NCBI GenBank assembly: GCA_965279035.1
Contig: OZ257142.1
Span: forward strand, 2,144,001-2,208,000
DNA: 64,000 nucleotides
Origin: Bacteroidia bacterium
Lineage (GTDB): Bacteria > Bacteroidota > Bacteroidia > M30B66
Direction: 5' to 3'
Shown here: positions 9,566 through 19,790 of the stretch, in pieces
How positions within the stretch are numbered: the stretch's first letter is position 1
How the letters are laid out: each line of letters begins with the position of its first letter
Position numbers and translations under genes: made by a program
Notes under the pieces: model-generated
The model's input: the letters and a program-made list of their open reading frames with translations, nothing else
Told to the model about the DNA's origin: nothing
The model's database searches: none

Positions 9566-12412
9566 CTATCTTTTACAAATTGATTTGAAATCGCAAAAAA
9601 TACACCTTGACGTGTCTTCAACTTGCTTGAAATTTTTATTTGAATCCAGTAATTCATTAACAATCTGTTTAAATACGTTTTTAGTTTCTAATCGATCTTC
9701 ATTATTTAATCCTTCTTTGTTATTAATGTTTAATGCCATCAAGCCTGTTTGTGGTTTTCTAAGGCTTATTATTCCTGGAATAATTTTATAATTTTCATAA
9801 TCAGTTGGAGCCATGAAGGTGTATTGTAAAAGTTGAAGGGCCTTTGATTTTTTAGGATTTAATAGAACTTCATTTTGGTCATTTATTTTCAAATCTGTTT
9901 TAGTAATAAAACCCGTTTTATAATCAATTATTCTAATAGTATTATCTATCTTATCAATTCTATCAACTCGTCCTCTGAATTCAACTTCTTTTTCTTTTCC
10001 ATTTATTTCGATTTTCATTTTGTAAGTTAAATCACTTTCTATTTTTTCAATTAATAAATTGCTATTATTTTCATTAAGTTTTTTGATAAATAAAATTTCT
10101 GAATTAATGAAATTATTAATTATATTAATTACTCCGTTGAAAATTAAATTGTTATTTCCATTTTTAATATCCTTTATATCAATCCCTTCATTTTTAAATG
10201 CATTAAAAACTTCTTTTTTTATTTCATATTTTATTTTAATTAAATCTTCAGTAGTTATTATTTTATTTTCAAATGGTTTATAAAAAAATTGTAATACATT
10301 ATGAATTATAGTGCCCATTATGTTTGATTCAATTTCATCAGATGTTAATTCATCTACTTTTATTTTTCCTATATATCTAAAATAAAAAGATAAACTACAG
10401 TTTAAGTATATTGATATTGCTGTTGGAGATAAATTCTTAAAGACATCATCTCCATTAATTCTTTGAATAATTTTATCTATTATTTCTGATGATTTTATTA
10501 CTTCAAACGAACTTACTTCATTAAATATTAATTCGGGTACGAAAATTTCTTTTGTAATTTTTATTTTATTGTTTATTATTTCTTTTTCTAATTGAGTTAA
10601 AAATCTTGATTGTTCCCCTTTCCCAAATTCATCAGTTTCGGTATTGTATACAAACCATATATTTTCGGCACGCTGTATCATTCTATAAAAGTGATAGGCA
10701 TAAATTGCATCTCTTTCTTTATATGTCGGTAATCCAAAATATGTTGATATATCATTTGGAATAAATGATCGATGCATTTTTGATGCTGGAAGAACACCTT
10801 CATTTACTGATAATAATATTAAATTTTGGAAATCAAGATTTCTTGTTTCAAGTAGTCCCATTATTTGCAATCCATTTAATTGTTCACCATAAAATGGAAA
10901 TGATTGACTCTTAATTAACTGTGTAAATATTTTTTGGAATGTGCTAATTTTTTTAAATCCAGTAAATGTATCTTTAAGATTCTCTATTTGTTTAATAACT
11001 GAATTAATTGTAAATAAAGCCTCCATATCTAATCCAACTTCGGCCATCTGCTTTGAATTTATGTTATCATATAAATATTTTACTAATTTATTTAATGTAG
11101 ACAATGAATTTATCAATTCATTATTCCATGGTTGAAAAATAAAATCTATTTTACTTTTAATTTCATTATTAGTTAATATATTATTGTTTAAGGTTGAAAG
11201 ATTTATAAAAATATTTTTACTCTTAACTATTTTGTCAATTATTGGCTGTATTTTTTTATTATCAACTGTTGCAGCTATTATTGGATTTCTAAAAATTCGC
11301 AATAAATCTCTATAGTAAAATGAAGGTTGTTTTAAAATATCATTTGAATTTATTCTTGCTCTATTATGCATTTCAAAAACCAAAATGAATAAATTACTAA
11401 TAGGAAGTAAATGCACTGGAAAACCCATAGTAATATTTACATTTTTTATATTCTCTGGTAATAAATCTAGCATTGGTAATAATAATTGTTCATCGCAAAG
11501 CACTAAAGCCGTATTTGTCAATTCACTATTTTCATTACTTAATTTATCTAATATACTTCCTGCAACTAGTGATTGACCAAAGTTTTTAGCAACTCCTATA
11601 ATATGAATATTCTTATTTGAATTTTCTATAAATTGTTTGCTTCCATACATAGGATCAACTGGCCAATCTTTTAAATATTGTCGAATAAAGTGACCAGCTT
11701 CATTTATTTCATTATTAATATAATAGGAATCAGCATCCCATATTATTTCTGCTTTTCCAATTTTAGTTAAGTAAGAAATAATAATTTGTTCCGATTTATT
11801 CAATGCATTAAATCCAGCAAAAATTATTTTATCATATTTAAATAGATTAATGTGTGTTTCAATTTCTTTTGAAAGTTTGCGATATGCCATCGCCATTGTT
11901 GCTAATCCTTTATCATTCAAATGTTTAATAAATAAATTATACCAAATTCCTATTCGGGACCAAAATTTTAAATATTGTCTTTGATTTTCTGTTATAATAC
12001 TTCCATCAGGAGACCAATTTTTCAATGCATATGCATCATCAATTGTACTAAACAATTGTTTTGAATCAACACAATACAAATCAATTTCTTGAAAATCATG
12101 AATGAGTTGTGGTGCCCAAATACTGAATGATTCAAACGACTCAGCATTTTCTCCTTCACATTGCTGATAAACTGAATAAAATTCAAAAATTGTTGATATA
12201 GAATCTAGAATTTTAAGCTCAGTAAGTAATATAACAAATTCTTCACTTGAATAATGTTGAGGAAACCACTGAACTTCTGGATTTAAAATTGAAAGTTCTT
12301 TTCGAAAGAAAATTTTAGATCTTTTATTTGGGAAAACTAAACATGTATTTTTTCCTTGTTTAGATAGTTTCAAATACAAAGCTGCGACATCTTTTACAAA
12401 ACTCTCTTTCAT
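9566..12412 (-). CDS. AddB/RexB-like PD-(D/E)XK nuclease family protein (degenerate helicase N-terminus, Fe-S clamp nuclease)
   Basis: VFPNKRS, LQIMGLLETRNLDF, LSPTAISIYLNC, GTIIHNVL, FRGRVDRID, IIDYKTG, LQLLQY and terminal CIFCDFKSIC. ATG at 12412 is preferred over the track's GTG at 12457. Confidence 0.88.
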   Translation of the reverse strand: MKESFVKDVAALYLKLSKQGKNTCLVFPNKRSKIFFRKELSILNPEVQWFPQHYSSEEFVILLTELKILDSISTIFEFYSVYQQCEGENAESFESFSIWAPQLIHDFQEIDLYCVDSKQLFSTIDDAYALKNWSPDGSIITENQRQYLKFWSRIGIWYNLFIKHLNDKGLATMAMAYRKLSKEIETHINLFKYDKIIFAGFNALNKSEQIIISYLTKIGKAEIIWDADSYYINNEINEAGHFIRQYLKDWPVDPMYGSKQFIENSNKNIHIIGVAKNFGQSLVAGSILDKLSNENSELTNTALVLCDEQLLLPMLDLLPENIKNVNITMGFPVHLLPISNLFILVFEMHNRARINSNDILKQPSFYYRDLLRIFRNPIIAATVDNKKIQPIIDKIVKSKNIFINLSTLNNNILTNNEIKSKIDFIFQPWNNELINSLSTLNKLVKYLYDNINSKQMAEVGLDMEALFTINSVIKQIENLKDTFTGFKKISTFQKIFTQLIKSQSFPFYGEQLNGLQIMGLLETRNLDFQNLILLSVNEGVLPASKMHRSFIPNDISTYFGLPTYKERDAIYAYHFYRMIQRAENIWFVYNTETDEFGKGEQSRFLTQLEKEIINNKIKITKEIFVPELIFNEVSSFEVIKSSEIIDKIIQRINGDDVFKNLSPTAISIYLNCSLSFYFRYIGKIKVDELTSDEIESNIMGTIIHNVLQFFYKPFENKIITTEDLIKIKYEIKKEVFNAFKNEGIDIKDIKNGNNNLIFNGVINIINNFINSEILFIKKLNENNSNLLIEKIESDLTYKMKIEINGKEKEVEFRGRVDRIDKIDNTIRIIDYKTGFITKTDLKINDQNEVLLNPKKSKALQLLQYTFMAPTDYENYKIIPGIISLRKPQTGLMALNINNKEGLNNEDRLETKNVFKQIVNELLDSNKNFKQVEDTSRCIFCDFKSICKR

Positions 12413-12620
12413 TCTGCAAATTACATAGTTTGATTTTATATTCTTGCTATAAATCACATTTTCTATTTGAAATTCCTAGTATATGAAAATGATATCATTA
12501 TGTAAAATGTAGGTTTTTATATTGATTATTAGTGATTTGTATTTTTGATTTGTAAAACAATGTTAATATAATATAAAATTGCATAATATTTGTGGAGTTT
12601 TATGTCACAATCAAAAAATT

Positions 12621-14024
12621 ATGAGAAAGATTTTGCTCAATTTCATCCTTATTTTTATTTCTAATTCCATTCTCCTTGCAGGTAGTTACGAAATAAAACT
12701 CACTATAAAGGGGATTAAGAATCAAAACATTCAATTAGCTTATTATTTTGGAGATAAGCAATATATAAGAGATTCTTCAAAAGCAGATGAAAATGGAAAA
12801 TTAACCTTTAAAGGAGATGAGAATCTACCTGGAGGAGTTTATTTAGCTGTACTTCCCAATCGAAAATACTTTGAAATGATTGTTGATAAGGAACAAAAGT
12901 TTAGTATGGAAACTGATACATTAGATTTAATTTCCAATATGAAAGTAAAAGGCTCTAAGGATAACGAATCTTTTTATGAATATTTAAATTGGATATCTGT
13001 AAGAGGGAAAGAAATGGAAAGGTTGAAAAAAGAATTTGATTTAGCTAAGGGAGATGAAATGAAATCTAAATTGATTCGTGATGAACAAAATAATGTCGAT
13101 AAATCAGTAAAAGAGTATAAGAACAATTTCATTACTACTCATCCTGATATGTTGCTATCTAAGATATTTAATGCAAGCTGGGAACCGGAAATTCCTGAAG
13201 CTCCTACTTTGGGCAATGGACGAAAAGATTCAACATTTGCATATAGATATTATAAAGCACATTATTTTGATAAGTTTGATTTAAAGGATGATCGATTATT
13301 GAGATCACCAGTGTTTGGAAATAAAATTAAACAGTTTTTCGAAAAATTAACACCCCAAATTCCTGATTCTATTAATCAAGCAGCTAAACGTGTGATTAAT
13401 CTAACAGACGAAAAAAGTGAAACTTTTAAGTTCCTTGTTTATTGGATTACTAATACTTATGAAAAATCTGAAATTATGGGAATGGATGCTGTATTTGTCT
13501 ATATGGCGAAAAACTACTATATGAATGGAAAAGCATATTGGGTTGAAGATGAGCAATTAGGTAAAATTAAAGAACGTGTAACTGCATTAGAGCCTTGTTT
13601 AATTGGTGTAACTGCTAACAATATGCATCTTTTAAAAAGTGACTTTCATCCTATTGCATTAAATGATATAAAAAAGAAATATACTCTCGTTTATTTTTGG
13701 GATCCAAGTTGTGGACATTGTCAAAAAGTTACTCCTAAACTTAGAGATTTTTATAATACATATAAAAAGGAATTTGATTTAGAAGTATTAGGAGTTTATA
13801 TTGAAGCTGATACTACAGAATGGTTCAAATATATTAAGGAAAAAGAGCTCAATTGGATTAATGCAGCAGATCTTTTGGGTACTGCACAATTTCGTAAATA
13901 CTATGATATATACTCAACTCCTGTTTTGTATGTATTAGATCGAAATAAAAAAATTATTGCTAAAAGAATTGACGTTGAAAAGATCGAAGACTTTTTGAAG
14001 AATTATGAGAAGTTCAATAAATAA
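12621..14024 (+). CDS. Secreted thioredoxin-like (TlpA/redoxin) protein with DUF4369/DUF5106-type N-terminal domains
   Basis: Signal peptide MRKILLNFILIF, C-terminal thioredoxin fold FWDPSCGHC and YDIYSTP (cis-Pro loop). Confidence 0.85.
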   Translation: MRKILLNFILIFISNSILLAGSYEIKLTIKGIKNQNIQLAYYFGDKQYIRDSSKADENGKLTFKGDENLPGGVYLAVLPNRKYFEMIVDKEQKFSMETDTLDLISNMKVKGSKDNESFYEYLNWISVRGKEMERLKKEFDLAKGDEMKSKLIRDEQNNVDKSVKEYKNNFITTHPDMLLSKIFNASWEPEIPEAPTLGNGRKDSTFAYRYYKAHYFDKFDLKDDRLLRSPVFGNKIKQFFEKLTPQIPDSINQAAKRVINLTDEKSETFKFLVYWITNTYEKSEIMGMDAVFVYMAKNYYMNGKAYWVEDEQLGKIKERVTALEPCLIGVTANNMHLLKSDFHPIALNDIKKKYTLVYFWDPSCGHCQKVTPKLRDFYNTYKKEFDLEVLGVYIEADTTEWFKYIKEKELNWINAADLLGTAQFRKYYDIYSTPVLYVLDRNKKIIAKRIDVEKIEDFLKNYEKFNK

Positions 14025-14253
14025 TAATTTTCTTAGATTGAGATATTTAACAATTTCACATTCTATTGAAGATTAGTAGTTTAAATAACTTTGGTTTGTT
14101 TGAGCTAATTAAAAAAATAATATTTTAAAAGCAGTTATTCGGAAATACAATTATAATTAAATTAATATTAGGACGATTTGAATTTTCAAATGATCCTTAT
14201 ATAATTTATTACATTTTAGTTTTAATTACACTAGTGTCCGATAAAACATTTTG

Positions 14254-14286
14254 AAAGCGGGACTTCCAATTAGGTTGTCCCGCTTT
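14254..14286 (+). promoter_or_regulatory. Hairpin between the IS left end and the transposase start (possible read-through protection)
   Basis: AAAGCGGGAC (14254-14263) pairs perfectly with GTCCCGCTTT (14277-14286). Confidence 0.55.
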
Positions 14287-14317
14287 GTTGTAATTTGGTT
14301 TTGCGAACATAAATTAC

Positions 14318-15526
14318 ATGAATAAAAGTAACTACTTTTTTGGACAGTCGGTTTTCGGACAGCTGATTTCTTTAATAGATATTAGAATTATCACTTCAGT
14401 TGTTAAAAAGCATATGTCAGATCATTACGTGAAGAAGTTTGATACTTCTGATCATCTGATAAGTATGCTCTTCTCAACATTTGCTAATTGCACTTCTTTG
14501 CGCGAAGTCGCAGGTTCAATGCTCGGATTAAAGGGCAAAACCAATCATTTTCAACTTAAGCATATTCCATATAAAAGCACTTTAGGTGATGCAAACCAGC
14601 GAAGGAGCCATTTGGTATTTCAGGATATCTATTATGAACTGTTAAAAGAGTTTGGACCATTTATCTCGGACAGCCGATATAATTACAGCTGGGAAAGGTT
14701 ATTGGATATATTTGATTCAACCACCATTGGTCTTTTTAAGGATATATTGAGTTGTGTAGGAAGAGAACCTGCCAATGGAAAAAGAAAGGGCGGCATTAAG
14801 GTTCATACACAAATTAGTCTTCAAGAAAGAGTACCTAAATTGGTTTGGTTCTCAGCAGCAACAACAAACGATCGTCAGTTTCTGAAATACTTTAAATTAG
14901 AAAAAGGGCGAATCGCAGTTTTTGATAAAGGATATAATGATTACAAGGTCTTCGATGAATTCACCAAAAATGAGAGGTTCTTTGTAACCCGTTTAAAATC
15001 GAACGCAGTTTATGAATCTGTTTCTGAAAATGAAATCCCACCTTATATTGATAATGGAGTTCTAAAAGATGAAATCATTCGTGTTGATGTAAAGGAAAAT
15101 GGAAAGTATTTAAAAACAACAGAATTAAGGCGTATAGCTTATTGGGATGACGAAAATAAACGCTGTTTTGAGTTTTTAACGAATCTGTTCGGAATGAATG
15201 CTGGACACATTGCATTGATTTATAAAAAACGATGGCAAATCGAGTTGTTATTCAAACAATTAAAACAAAACTTCCCATTAAAATATTTTCTAGGAGACAA
15301 TGAGAATGCTATTAAAATCCAAATCTGGTGCACTTTAATAGTTAATTTACTCTTAAGCGTTATTCACAGAAAACTCAAGCGTAAATGGGCATTCTCAAAC
15401 CTTGCAAGCTTCTGTAGATTGCATCTGTTCAATTATATTCACCTAATTAAATTCCTTGAGAACCCAGAAAAAGACTGGCTAAAAGAAGTTGACACTCAAC
15501 TTCAATTGAAATTTAATACATCATGA
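14318..15526 (+). CDS. IS4 family DDE transposase (DUF4372-type N-terminus)
   Basis: 402 aa with IFDST, GIKVH, VFDKGY, FVTRLK and the IS4 signature Y-(2)-R-(3)-E-(6)-K (YKKRWQIELLFKQLK). Confidence 0.95.
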   Translation: MNKSNYFFGQSVFGQLISLIDIRIITSVVKKHMSDHYVKKFDTSDHLISMLFSTFANCTSLREVAGSMLGLKGKTNHFQLKHIPYKSTLGDANQRRSHLVFQDIYYELLKEFGPFISDSRYNYSWERLLDIFDSTTIGLFKDILSCVGREPANGKRKGGIKVHTQISLQERVPKLVWFSAATTNDRQFLKYFKLEKGRIAVFDKGYNDYKVFDEFTKNERFFVTRLKSNAVYESVSENEIPPYIDNGVLKDEIIRVDVKENGKYLKTTELRRIAYWDDENKRCFEFLTNLFGMNAGHIALIYKKRWQIELLFKQLKQNFPLKYFLGDNENAIKIQIWCTLIVNLLLSVIHRKLKRKWAFSNLASFCRLHLFNYIHLIKFLENPEKDWLKEVDTQLQLKFNTS

Positions 15527-15901
15527 AAAGGGGGGCTTACTTTTTAAAACAGAGAAATCATTCCAGTATAATCAACACTTTCATAGTGAAAAATTCTCAT
15601 ATTGAGTTTTTATCGGACACTAGTGTTTTAATTATAAATTATCAAATTAAAAGAATTGGTTAAATAATTTAGAACATTCAATTACTGGCATTTGTGATTT
15701 AGGGTTTGTTCTTGATTTCTTTGATTTTAAGAATGAATTATCCCATACATACAAAATATTGAACTATGTGATGCTAAATTAAAGGTCTATCATTATTCAA
15801 TTTAGAATAAACGTTTAAACAATTTATCATTTTCTTGGAATATAAAATTTAATTTAAAAATTTATTTTTATAAGTTGGTCAATGAAATACTATATGAATT
15901 A

Positions 15902-17389
15902 ATGAAAAAGATAATATCCATTGATCAAGGTACCACTTCAACTCGATGTATCCTCTTTGATGAAGAAGGGAATGTATTAGCATCAGCTCAAATAGAACTA
16001 AAGCAATATTTTCCAAATCCAGGTTGGGTGGAACATGATCCAGAGGAAATTCTAGATAGTGTTAAAGGAACATATACTTCGGTATTGATACAGTCTGGAT
16101 TAAAAGGAAGTGATATTTTCACCATTGGAATAACCAATCAACGAGAAACAACTATTTTGTGGGATAGAAAAACAGGAAAAGCTGTTTATCCTGCCATAGT
16201 TTGGCAAAGTCGTCAATCATTATCTATTTGTGATCGATTGATAAATCTTGGTTTAAAAGAGGCAATTCGAAGTAAAACTGGATTAGAATTGGATGCATAC
16301 TTTTCTGCTAGTAAAATTTCCTGGATTTTAGAAAATATCGAAGGTATTAGATCAAAAGCAGAAGCAGGGGAATTGGCATTTGGAACAATTGATACATGGT
16401 TACTTTGGAATTTAACAGGAGGTAAAGTGCATGCAACAGATTTCAGCAATGCATCGAGAACATTATTGTTTAATATTTATGATTTATGTTGGGATACTGA
16501 ATTATTAAACTGGTTTGATATTCCCATTTCTATCTTACCTGAAGTAAAAGAAAGTTCTACCTATTTTGGGACAACGGTTTCTAGTTTTTTAGATGCGGGA
16601 ATTTCAATAAATGGAATTGCAGGTGATCAACAAGCATCCTTATTTGGTCAAGGATGTATTCATGCTACTATGGCAAAAAATACATATGGTACAGGATGTT
16701 TTATGCTTATGAATACAGGAGAAATTCCTGTTAAATCAAAGAATGGATTAATCACAACCATTGCATGGATGATTGAGGGGAAAGTTTGTTATGCACTCGA
16801 AGGAAGCGTTTTTGTTGCTGGTTCAGCATTACAATGGTTAAGGGATGGATTGGGCTTATTTGATGATGTTTCAAAAAGCGAAGGAATTGCTTCACAAGTA
16901 AAAAATTCGAATGGAGTTTACTTTGTGCCTGCATTTGTGGGTTTGGGAGCACCACATTGGAATTCAGAAGCACGTGGGGCCTTTTTCGGTTTGACTCGCG
17001 GAACAAATCGATCACATATTGTACGTGCTGCACTTGAATCAATTGCATATCAAACAAAAGATGTCTTTCTAGCGATGCAAGATGATGCTAATATGGACAT
17101 TTCAATTTTGTTTGTAGATGGAGGAGCATCTTCCAATAATTTAGTGATGCAGTTTCAAAGTGATTTGCTTCAAATTGAAGTAATTCGGGCGAGATTCACA
17201 GAAACAACCGCTTTAGGTGCAGCATTACTAGCAGGACTTTCGGCTGGTGTTTGGAATTCAATTCAAGCATGTTCTGAAGTTGGGAAAAAAGGGATATCAT
17301 TCATTCCTGAAAACGATAGAAAATTCACTGAAGCTCTATACAATGGTTGGATTAAAGCTGTAGAGGCAACAATCAACTATAAATCCTAG
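15902..17389 (+). CDS. glpK: Glycerol kinase
   Basis: SIDQGTTSTR, PGWVEHDP, GITNQRET, YFSASK, GDQQASLFGQ, KNTYGTGCF, ALEGSVF, VDGGA, ETTALGAA. Confidence 0.96.
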   Translation: MKKIISIDQGTTSTRCILFDEEGNVLASAQIELKQYFPNPGWVEHDPEEILDSVKGTYTSVLIQSGLKGSDIFTIGITNQRETTILWDRKTGKAVYPAIVWQSRQSLSICDRLINLGLKEAIRSKTGLELDAYFSASKISWILENIEGIRSKAEAGELAFGTIDTWLLWNLTGGKVHATDFSNASRTLLFNIYDLCWDTELLNWFDIPISILPEVKESSTYFGTTVSSFLDAGISINGIAGDQQASLFGQGCIHATMAKNTYGTGCFMLMNTGEIPVKSKNGLITTIAWMIEGKVCYALEGSVFVAGSALQWLRDGLGLFDDVSKSEGIASQVKNSNGVYFVPAFVGLGAPHWNSEARGAFFGLTRGTNRSHIVRAALESIAYQTKDVFLAMQDDANMDISILFVDGGASSNNLVMQFQSDLLQIEVIRARFTETTALGAALLAGLSAGVWNSIQACSEVGKKGISFIPENDRKFTEALYNGWIKAVEATINYKS

Positions 17390-17412
17390 GCGATTATCCT
17401 TTGAATTTGTTG

Positions 17413-17443
17413 TTGAATACAAGAACAGAATCAGGTACTTTTG
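17413..17443 (+). promoter_or_regulatory. Bacteroidota promoter (-33 TTG / -7 TACTTTTG) for the GWxTD operon
   Basis: TACTTTTG at 17436-17443, TTG at 17413-17415 (20-bp spacer), ATG at 17458. Confidence 0.55.
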
Positions 17444-17457
17444 TATAAATACTAATT

Positions 17458-18930
17458 ATGCGAAGCTTATATATTTTATTTCTTTCATTCCTGATCCCAA
17501 TATTCTCATTAGCAGAAAATGAAGGGAATTCCATTCAGGTTCTTTTTTCCCATGCTGTTTTTCAGATGAATGGGCGTAAGCCTTATGTGGAAACCTATAT
17601 CATGGTGAATGGTTCAAGTGTTGTTTTTAAGAAAACAGCTTCAGGTAAATATCAGGGCACCATTGAAGTTATTCTCACCGTTAATCAAGGAGATCAAATA
17701 AAATATGCTGATAAATATAATTTATTGAGTCCTGAAACTGATGATTCGCTTCATGTAAGTTTTAATTTTATTGACCAACAGCGGATTCCTCTTGGATCTG
17801 GTGATTACGAACTTGGCCTCCATATTCGAGATTTAAATAGCACTAATGATCCTGTAGAAACTTCACTTCCAATTTCGATTAATTTCCCAAGAGATTCTAT
17901 AGCAGTTTCGGATATTCAATTTGTTGAGTCATATACAAAAACCGAGAAACCAGGAAATCTATCTAAAGGAGGATTTGATTTAGTTCCACATGTTGGAGAT
18001 GTGTTTATAAAGGGTGAAAACAAATTGATTTTTTATACCGAAATATATCAAACACTTGCATTTCTAGGAGAAGGTCAGAAATACCTATGCAATTTTTTTA
18101 TTCGTGATTTGAACAATGGGCAACAGTTAACAAATTATTCAGGTTTTACTCGATTTACCGCATCAGAAGTTAATGTTATGATGAAGGAATTCGACATAAA
18201 CAATTTACCGAGTGGAAATTATTCTCTATACATTGAAATTCGAGATAAAGACAATTTAGTCAGGGCTATTAAGCATCTCAATTTTGCCCGTTCTAATCCA
18301 AGTGAAACAATTGATCCCAATCTATATACACAAGTTAGTGTGTTAGGGAGTTTTGTTTCCTATTATAAAAATCCAGATAGTTTAGCGGAACATATTCGAT
18401 GTTTATATCCAATTTCTTATGAACTTGAAAAGAACATTGCTACCAATGTTATCAAAGGAAAAGATCTTCAACAGATGCAGCAATACATGCTTTCGTTTTG
18501 GATGAATCGAGATAATCAACACCCTCAGGAAGCTTGGGAGAAATATTTTCTTGAAGTACGTAAGGTTGTTAAAGAGTTTTCAACTTCTATTCGAAAAGGG
18601 TACAATACAGATAGAGGGCGAGTTTATTTGCAATACGGTCCTCCTGATAATCGTACTATGATGCCTCATGAACCAAGTGCTTATCCCTACGAAATTTGGC
18701 AATATTATAAAGTCAAAAACCAATCAAACAGGCGTTTTATTTTTTATAATCCAGATCTTGTAACCAATGATTATAAATTAATACATTCAGATGCATTAGG
18801 AGAAATAATGAATGATCAATGGCAGTTATTAATTTATAAGCGTGATACTCAAACCAACGATATAGATCAAACATCTCCATCGAGTAGGTTTGGCTCACAA
18901 ATTCAACAAAACTATCAAACGCCCAGGTGA
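17458..18930 (+). CDS. GWxTD domain-containing secreted protein
   Basis: Signal peptide; C-terminal FW..RD, GYNTDRGRVYLQYGPPD and PYEIWQY motifs of the GWxTD domain. Confidence 0.88.
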   Translation: MRSLYILFLSFLIPIFSLAENEGNSIQVLFSHAVFQMNGRKPYVETYIMVNGSSVVFKKTASGKYQGTIEVILTVNQGDQIKYADKYNLLSPETDDSLHVSFNFIDQQRIPLGSGDYELGLHIRDLNSTNDPVETSLPISINFPRDSIAVSDIQFVESYTKTEKPGNLSKGGFDLVPHVGDVFIKGENKLIFYTEIYQTLAFLGEGQKYLCNFFIRDLNNGQQLTNYSGFTRFTASEVNVMMKEFDINNLPSGNYSLYIEIRDKDNLVRAIKHLNFARSNPSETIDPNLYTQVSVLGSFVSYYKNPDSLAEHIRCLYPISYELEKNIATNVIKGKDLQQMQQYMLSFWMNRDNQHPQEAWEKYFLEVRKVVKEFSTSIRKGYNTDRGRVYLQYGPPDNRTMMPHEPSAYPYEIWQYYKVKNQSNRRFIFYNPDLVTNDYKLIHSDALGEIMNDQWQLLIYKRDTQTNDIDQTSPSSRFGSQIQQNYQTPR

Positions 18931-19790
18931 AATTTTCATACTATTTGCTCCGAGGAGGCGGCTTTTTGATCGCACAAATACCGCTTTTTTTGTTGTATCC
19001 TCTTTCAAATTTTCTTGCTTGGTTTACTCGTGTAATAGTAGGCTATCGTAAAGAGGTTGTTATGGTAAACCTCAAAACATCATTCCCTGAAAAGAGCGAA
19101 AAAGAATTAATAGAAATAGCCAAAGATTTTTATCTGAATTTTACAGATATCATGGTTGAATCATTTAAAATGCTCAGTTTGAATCCGAAACTAATTCCTT
19201 CAAGAGTGAAACTTATTAACCCAGAACTCTTAAATAAATATAAAGAAGAAGGAAAGAGTATTTTAGCAGTATCAGGGCATTATGGGAATTGGGAATGGAT
19301 GGGTGTTGGTTTGAAAGCTGTAATGGGCATGCGTTCACTTGTTACATACAAACCGCTTTCAAGTGAGTTGATGGATCGTTTAATGAAAGAAATTCGTCAA
19401 CTCAATGGTTCGGAATTAATCTCAATGCAACAAACGTTTCGTTCGATTGCCTCATCAAAAGTACCAGTCATTTCTTTACTTGTAGCCGATCAAGCTCCAC
19501 ATCCTGAAAATGCTTATTGGACAACTTTTCTTCTTCAGGATACTCCGGTTTTTATGGGAGCAGAACGAATAGCCAAATCGACAGGCCATGTTGTTGTTTT
19601 TTTAGCCATGCGACGAGTTAAGAGGGGGCATTATACATTGGAATTACAAGAATTGACTGAGAATCCTAAATCAGAACCTGAATTTAAAATTACCGAAATG
19701 CATCTTCGTGCATTAGAAAGACTTATTATTGAACAACCGGGCAATTGGCTTTGGTCGCATAAACGCTGGAAACATAAACGTCCTGAATGA
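18927..19790 (+). CDS. Lipid A / lysophospholipid acyltransferase (LpxL/HtrB family)
   Basis: YRKEVVMVNL..SFPE, GHYGNWE (HX4E), LVADQ, P..WLWSHKRWK. 4-bp overlap with the upstream gene. Confidence 0.9.
   Translation: MKFSYYLLRGGGFLIAQIPLFLLYPLSNFLAWFTRVIVGYRKEVVMVNLKTSFPEKSEKELIEIAKDFYLNFTDIMVESFKMLSLNPKLIPSRVKLINPELLNKYKEEGKSILAVSGHYGNWEWMGVGLKAVMGMRSLVTYKPLSSELMDRLMKEIRQLNGSELISMQQTFRSIASSKVPVISLLVADQAPHPENAYWTTFLLQDTPVFMGAERIAKSTGHVVVFLAMRRVKRGHYTLELQELTENPKSEPEFKITEMHLRALERLIIEQPGNWLWSHKRWKHKRPE

Larger units (their letters stand above)
14229..15625 (+). mobile_element. Complete IS4-family insertion sequence (1397 bp)
   Basis: Perfect 18-bp terminal inverted repeats CACTAGTGTCCGATAAAA (14229-14246; reverse complement at 15608-15625), flanked by a 9-bp direct repeat TTTTAATTA (14220-14228 and 15626-15634). 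Single transposase ORF. Confidence 0.95.

Noticed and set aside
9566-12412. Cas4-like or defence nuclease
   Set aside because: The Fe-S/PD-(D/E)XK domain is fused to a long degenerate helicase region typical of AddB-like repair proteins, and there is no CRISPR or defence context.
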